Assembly: GCA_963727805.1 (NCBI GenBank)
Contig: CAVSHF010000005.1
Coordinates: 704,001-768,000 of the forward strand
From: an uncultured Nitrospiraceae bacterium
GTDB lineage: Bacteria > Nitrospirota > Thermodesulfovibrionia > Thermodesulfovibrionales > Dissulfurispiraceae
DNA: 64,000 nt
Reading direction: 5' to 3'
Shown here: positions 59,413 through 64,000 of the stretch, in pieces
How the letters are laid out: each line of letters opens with the position of its first letter
Position numbering within the stretch: the first letter of the stretch is position 1
The notes under the pieces: model-generated
The model's database searches: none
What the model was told of the DNA's origin: nothing
What the model saw: the letters and a program-made list of their open reading frames with translations, nothing else
Translations under genes and position numbers: made by a program

Positions 59413-59955
59413 ATGGCTAAGCAATCAGTATCCGATCAAAAAGAACCGGTGGTCGTCCTAAGGCGTGAACACATCCATGAGTTCGAGCGTATCAACGAAG
59501 TACTGCAGCACGCGGGTCTCTTAATAACCAATCTTATCCTTCTTTTTTATGGGATGTCTGCACTGTCCGAGTCAGGCCGTAAAATATATAAGAATTCCCT
59601 TACCAAAGTAGTTCTCGTTAACGCTAAAGAGGCTATGGTAATCACTGAATATGAGATCCAAGGGGGCAAAAAAAAATTAAAAAGCGATTTTGGTTTTCTT
59701 AATAAGAGTAAGGCCGATGTCCGCGTAAAAGCTATGGTACCTATGAAATACTTGGCAAACCCACGCAGGATCGTAACCGGCAATGACTTTCGCGAAGATG
59801 TGCAGAATGATAAGATTCGGGCCAGCATTCAAGGGGGCAGGCCTGCAGCATTTGTCCAAGCATTTATAAGCCTTACCATTGCCACACCTGTCGAAGCTCT
59901 GGGGAACAAAAGCATGAGCAAAAAGAAGCGGAATGTGTCTCCAAAGAAGATATAA
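59413..59955 (+). CDS. Hypothetical protein with a basic C-terminal tail
   Basis: GAGGAGG SD, 180-codon ORF, no recognised motif. Confidence 0.7.
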   Translation: MAKQSVSDQKEPVVVLRREHIHEFERINEVLQHAGLLITNLILLFYGMSALSESGRKIYKNSLTKVVLVNAKEAMVITEYEIQGGKKKLKSDFGFLNKSKADVRVKAMVPMKYLANPRRIVTGNDFREDVQNDKIRASIQGGRPAAFVQAFISLTIATPVEALGNKSMSKKKRNVSPKKI

Positions 59956-60614
59956 GAGCCTGAAGAGAATTAGTATTAGACCCTTCACCCCACCAGAAAT
60001 CCAAAGTGCGCCCCGAAATGGCCGAATCATGGTATTTTAATGGTGAATAGAGCCCTCTGGCTAACTTCACTCTGAAAACGAAGATGCCTATTATACTTAT
60101 TAAAGTGAATATGCTTTTCAAGATTTACCCGGACAATCACATTTTTTTATTTCATTTCAGGCGCATCTATAATAGAAAGAACATCTCGCCCCGTAGATGA
60201 GTCGGGGAATAATCTCTTCTCCTAAAATAACTCGATTCTGAGATGGACGTACAGTTGAGTTCCTCAAGTCGATATTTAAATCTACAAGGTTAGATGCTAT
60301 AGGCAAGAAATCTGCTAATTTACTATATTTCAAGTGATGATTATTATTTCAAGGAAGCCGAATGAATACAAAGAAAAACTCACCAGCTTCATAAGCAGTC
60401 AAACGATCAAACCGAATAGCAAATATCAAGAAGGCTTCGTCTTAAAAGCAGCCGCCGCTAAAAAGCGGCAGCCGTTATGCATGTGGTATATGTGGACTTA
60501 TGCAACTACCGATAATTTTCAGTTCCGTTTTCACTTCGGATGTAAAGTCAGTATACTTTAAGTAAATGTGGAAATTGACATTATCATGCTAAGGAACTTA
60601 ATAAGGAGGGTACA

Positions 60615-61124
60615 ATGGCAACCAATCAAAATTTAATTAAGATCTTCGAATACGCCTTAAACCAAGAGGAGACTGGGAAGAACTTTTTTCAGACTTCCCT
60701 TAAAAGAATGGGATGGGGAGCCGCATTGAGTGCCTTTAACCAACTGATTAAGGAAGAGGAGCATCATATCTTTTTTATCAAAAAGATCCTGGATGAACTA
60801 AAACAGGGAAGTTCCGATGAATTACGAATCGTGAAAGACTATGCTGTGGAAACGACTAATTTTTTTGATCAACGGGCCAAATCGGAGTTCCTTCAGCAGC
60901 TATTGTACGAAACGATGGTCCCGGATGTTACCGTTTTCAATGTGGCCTGGTTAATTGAGAAAGATTTGAGTGAGTTTTATGCGAAAATGGCATCTCAAAC
61001 AGATGGTGCTGCCAGTGAGGCATTTAAAATGCTGTCTGATTGGGAACGAGGGCACGAACGCTTCTTTCGCGAGTTTCGCGATAAAGCTACGGAAATCTAT
61101 AAGAATTTGTGCTTAGGCGGATAA
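60615..61124 (+). CDS. Ferritin-like / rubrerythrin-family di-iron protein
   Basis: ALNQE, EEEHH, IEKD..EFY and ERGH ExxH-type ligands; AAGGAGG SD. Confidence 0.88.
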   Translation: MATNQNLIKIFEYALNQEETGKNFFQTSLKRMGWGAALSAFNQLIKEEEHHIFFIKKILDELKQGSSDELRIVKDYAVETTNFFDQRAKSEFLQQLLYETMVPDVTVFNVAWLIEKDLSEFYAKMASQTDGAASEAFKMLSDWERGHERFFREFRDKATEIYKNLCLGG

Positions 61125-61316
61125 GCTTTACAAACACTCCGGTTGGCCTTAAACACTTACTGGGAGTCTTCATTGGTGCTACTATATTTCTTTAGGTCAA
61201 CCCAACATGCGTATTCGCAGGGGCAAAGCCAATGTACCGATCTCGAATCGAAGAGTGAATTTATTATTGAAATGGGACATGTTGAACAGTTCCAAAAGTG
61301 TTTACTTCAGTAATTT

Positions 61317-61880
61317 CTAGGGATTTGGGTATTCATAGAACTTAAGTGCCCTCTTCCAGAAATCATCCATTTCATTTTTAAGCTCATTAAGTTTGATCAT
61401 GATTGTCTGTTCAGAATTGCCTGCTTTTCTTAACCAATCCGCTTTTTGGTTCAACTCGTTCGGTATATGACCTGACATTTTCATTATCTTAACTATAGTA
61501 TCAGCATCGCTCTCAGAGCAGCCGTCAAATCTTAACTTCCTTGCAAAAATAATTCTCCCATGTATGCACATATGCGGCTCGATGATCTCTCTTACCTGAT
61601 TATAGTGTCTCTTAGCATACTCTACCAATAGGTCCGCCTCAGTGTTATCCTTGACAAGTCCATTGTAGTCAATGATCAAACCCCAATTTTGAAATGGTAA
61701 CAGATATCTCTCTATTGTTCTAAGCGCGACTGAGATCCGGTTTAAAGAGAAGACGTCCTTGTTCCCAGGATAAAATCTTCCAGGCGCAAGGCCGTTGGAC
61801 AGACATCTTCCAGTATAGAGCGAAAGTTCGCAATAGTTACTCATAAAGTTTGTCCCTAATTTGTGAGACAGTATATACAT
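61317..61880 (-). CDS. Hypothetical protein
   Basis: 187-codon ORF in AT-rich DNA with no competing long ORF; no motif recognised. Confidence 0.55.
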   Translation of the reverse strand: MYILSHKLGTNFMSNYCELSLYTGRCLSNGLAPGRFYPGNKDVFSLNRISVALRTIERYLLPFQNWGLIIDYNGLVKDNTEADLLVEYAKRHYNQVREIIEPHMCIHGRIIFARKLRFDGCSESDADTIVKIMKMSGHIPNELNQKADWLRKAGNSEQTIMIKLNELKNEMDDFWKRALKFYEYPNP

Positions 61881-62481
61881 TATTGGGATCAGTCAGTACG
61901 AACAATCTTCTTGGGCAGACTATATTTAGAATTATACATGCTATTGTTGAGCTTATATAATACATCTTCAATAGCAATGGCCGCCTCTTTTTCAGAGTAA
62001 CGCTAACAATAGTGGTCTGCACAAGTCGGAAAGATAGTAATCAGTGTTTGCTCGGCGTCCAAAATTGATGAGAATGGGACAAGAGGGGTTTGCAATTCAC
62101 CTAGAAACGTGCAGCTTAGCCGAGGAATTGCGCGATTAGTCATGGTTTAAAATGCCAATAATCATGGCATATCAAAGATAAAGGCTACAGTCCTGCAATA
62201 GCGATACTTTCTGTTGTGTAGCGACAACGCATTCGAAGGGACAACAAACTTGATAAAATAGAATATATTAGAAAAAATTGGTCAAATCAGGGGACCTGTA
62301 TGAAGTAGTCGTCCCTGTACGGAGCTGATTTAAATGCAGAAGGGACGTTACCCATCACTGCAAAAAACTTATAGACTTTATGCGTTAACAGGAATTAATA
62401 GTGAAGAGATCTAGATTAAAGTTAAAGGGGCACGTAGCAGCCCGTAATGTATTTTACTCATGCATGTCGATAGGAACCGTC

Positions 62482-63213
62482 ATGAAGGGAGTCTCTGCAG
62501 CGCTTATTCTAATGGTTCTAATGTCCTGTTCGCCCACCGCCAGAATTCCCCTTGAGACTATCACCTATCCATACAAGGAGGGAATTCGACAGGAGTGCCT
62601 AATCGTTTTCCTGCCGGGGAGAGGTGGCAGAGCCATCGACTTCAGCCGCAAAGGATTTATCGAAAGGGTTCGACAAGCCGGCCTCATGGCAGATATGTTG
62701 GCTACCGATCTGCACTTAGAGTATTACCTAAATCAAACTGCAGCTGAGCGGCTACGGCTGGATGTAATTGCACCGGCACGCGACCAAGGGTATCGATGTT
62801 TGTGGCTAGTAGGAATTTCGTTAGGTGGATTTGGAGCCTTGGAGTACGAGATCGCACATCCTGGCGACGTGTCAGGTATCATTCTCCTAGCTCCGTACTT
62901 AGGCGGAGATCGGATTATAAGCGAAATATCTCAGGCAGGGAGTGTCAAGGCCTGGGACCCTGGGCTTATTGTTACGTCTGATTACGAACGTGGCCTCTGG
63001 TCATGGATTAGGGACTATGAATTACAGGACGGCCATGCACCTGTAATCTATCTCGGCTATGGTAACCATGACCGGTTCGCCGTGTCCAATCGTCTCTTGG
63101 CAGATGTCCTCGGACCAGAACGAACAATAACAGTACCAGGAGGTCACACGTGGTCCACATGGACGGCGCTCTGGGAGTCTCTCTTGAGGAAAATACCTTA
63201 TACAGGGAAGTAA
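62482..63213 (+). CDS. Alpha/beta-hydrolase lipoprotein
   Basis: Lipobox LMSC, LPGRG, GISLGG nucleophile elbow, DRF and GGHTW. Confidence 0.85.
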   Translation: MKGVSAALILMVLMSCSPTARIPLETITYPYKEGIRQECLIVFLPGRGGRAIDFSRKGFIERVRQAGLMADMLATDLHLEYYLNQTAAERLRLDVIAPARDQGYRCLWLVGISLGGFGALEYEIAHPGDVSGIILLAPYLGGDRIISEISQAGSVKAWDPGLIVTSDYERGLWSWIRDYELQDGHAPVIYLGYGNHDRFAVSNRLLADVLGPERTITVPGGHTWSTWTALWESLLRKIPYTGK

Positions 63214-63373
63214 TCTACTAATTTGAGATAAGAGCCTGACTAGTGCTTGAAGTAGCAGTGGGACATTGCTGATTCAGAAATCGCAATTATTGAAGCTCAT
63301 GTCCTTGTAGAAGATCCTCGATTTCATGGTATACTCTTTGTGACTAGACTTTTACCTTTATAGGAGGTCAAAT

Positions 63374-63643
63374 ATGACCAAAACAGAACTCGTAGAGAAA
63401 CTGTCAAAGGATGCAGGAATTTCAAAGACTCAGGCAGAAGCAACAATCAAATCATTTGCTGAAGCAGTTGCCAAAACGGCCAAGAAGGACGGCAAACTCA
63501 CTCTTGTTGGATTCGGAACCTTCTCATTGGCAAAAAGGAAGGCCAGGAAAGGCAGGAACCCCAAGACCGGCGAAGCAATTAAAATCAAGGCTAGCAAGAC
63601 TGTCAAGTTCTCTGCAGGCAAAACGCTCAAAGCGGCCCTGTAA
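63374..63643 (+). CDS. hup: HU family DNA-binding protein
   Basis: MTKTELV, LVGFGTF, ARKGRNPKTGE, VKFSAGK; GGAGG SD. Confidence 0.95.
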   Translation: MTKTELVEKLSKDAGISKTQAEATIKSFAEAVAKTAKKDGKLTLVGFGTFSLAKRKARKGRNPKTGEAIKIKASKTVKFSAGKTLKAAL

Positions 63644-63653
63644 GATACTTCTG

Positions 63654-63678
63654 GTGACCGCTGATTTTAGGCGGTCAC
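63654..63678 (+). terminator. Hairpin after hup, possible terminator
   Basis: GTGACCGC/GCGGTCAC inverted repeat, but no adjacent T run. Confidence 0.4.
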
Positions 63679-63802
63679 ATGGCGTTCAAAAAAGCTTGGT
63701 ACTCTTCGTCTAAACGAGGCGCAATGACAAAAAAATAGTAAGCTTTGCGGCTCTTTTTGCGAAGCATTTTAAAGTCCCAGTTTAAAGAGGAGGAGAAAAT
63801 AG

Positions 63803-64000
63803 ATGAATCAAGGTACCGTGAAGTGGTTCAATGACAGCAAAGGATTTGGCTTTATCAGCGGTGAAGACGGAATCGATTATTTTGTCCATCATACATCGAT
63901 CCAGGGTGATGGCTTTAAGAGCCTTGCCGAAGGCGATAAGGTCAGCTTTGATATTGAAAAAGGACCTAAAGGGCCTAAAGCGATCAACGTTGTGAAATTG
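63803..64000 (+). CDS. Cold-shock protein (CspA family); stop codon lies beyond the window edge
   Basis: Not in the ORF track. Reads [18 protein letters not shown]...[16 protein letters not shown]...[17 protein letters not shown]. Confidence 0.95.
   Translation, partial: MNQGTVKWFNDSKGFGFISGEDGIDYFVHHTSIQGDGFKSLAEGDKVSFDIEKGPKGPKAINVVKL

Noticed and set aside
60574..60587. FNR-like box TTGACATTATCAT upstream of the ferritin-like gene
   Set aside because: The spacing is one base short of TTGAT-N4-ATCAA; it may simply be a -35 element.
61195..61260. GGGCAAAGCC as part of a c-di-GMP-I riboswitch
   Set aside because: The GNRA-capped first stem and other conserved elements are not evident.
63411..63713. 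100-aa ORF overlapping hup
   Set aside because: Alternative frame of a well-conserved HU gene with no independent support.
1..64000. CRISPR array, rRNA, IS element or prophage
   Set aside because: No regularly spaced repeats, rRNA-like tracts, transposase, integrase or phage structural genes were recognised by eye.

Overview
Bacterial chromosomal segment made mostly of housekeeping genes. Gene content and order suggest an anaerobic diderm such as a Thermodesulfovibrionia-like Nitrospirota or a deltaproteobacterium; this is an inference, not a database result. From left to right: the 5' end of rpsL; an MBL-fold hydrolase, birA, coaX, a universal stress protein, a geranylgeranyl-reductase-family gene, a TonB-family gene and a small DUF3553-like gene; pilMNOPQ; and a long minus-strand run (lipA, alaC-like aminotransferase, hom, E1-like moeB, JAMM peptidase, MoaD-like carrier, NIL protein, truncated thrC, apgM-like gene, lysC, cimA, rseC-like, EF-G2, argH, FN3 lipoprotein, hypE, surA, rluB, aspS) interrupted by an opposite-strand membrane kinase. 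Then come csp, mazG, purC, purE, htpX, tRNA-Cys and tRNA-Gly, trpE/G/D, LOG, rmuC, an orphan GroES-like gene, a nitroreductase, a rubredoxin fusion, an AT-rich long RelA/SpoT homologue, oppBC-like permeases, glnE, an amidase, mlaEFDCA, a PilZ protein, several orphans, a ferritin-like protein, a lipoprotein hydrolase, HU and a second csp. Most unusual: (1) an Mla operon lacking mlaB whose MlaF carries a degenerate GGDEF-like domain and is preceded by a PilZ gene; (2) a ubiquitin-like E1/JAMM/masked-GG carrier/NIL module inside the aspartate-family amino acid operon, next to a decaying thrC; (3) a sensor kinase whose phosphoacceptor His is replaced (ADKIRNP); (4) a full-length RSH with an intact hydrolase and a dead synthetase; (5) a G9 tract that separates a signal peptide from the MBL hydrolase; (6) several apparently leaderless operons. 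No CRISPR array, rRNA or transposase was recognised.
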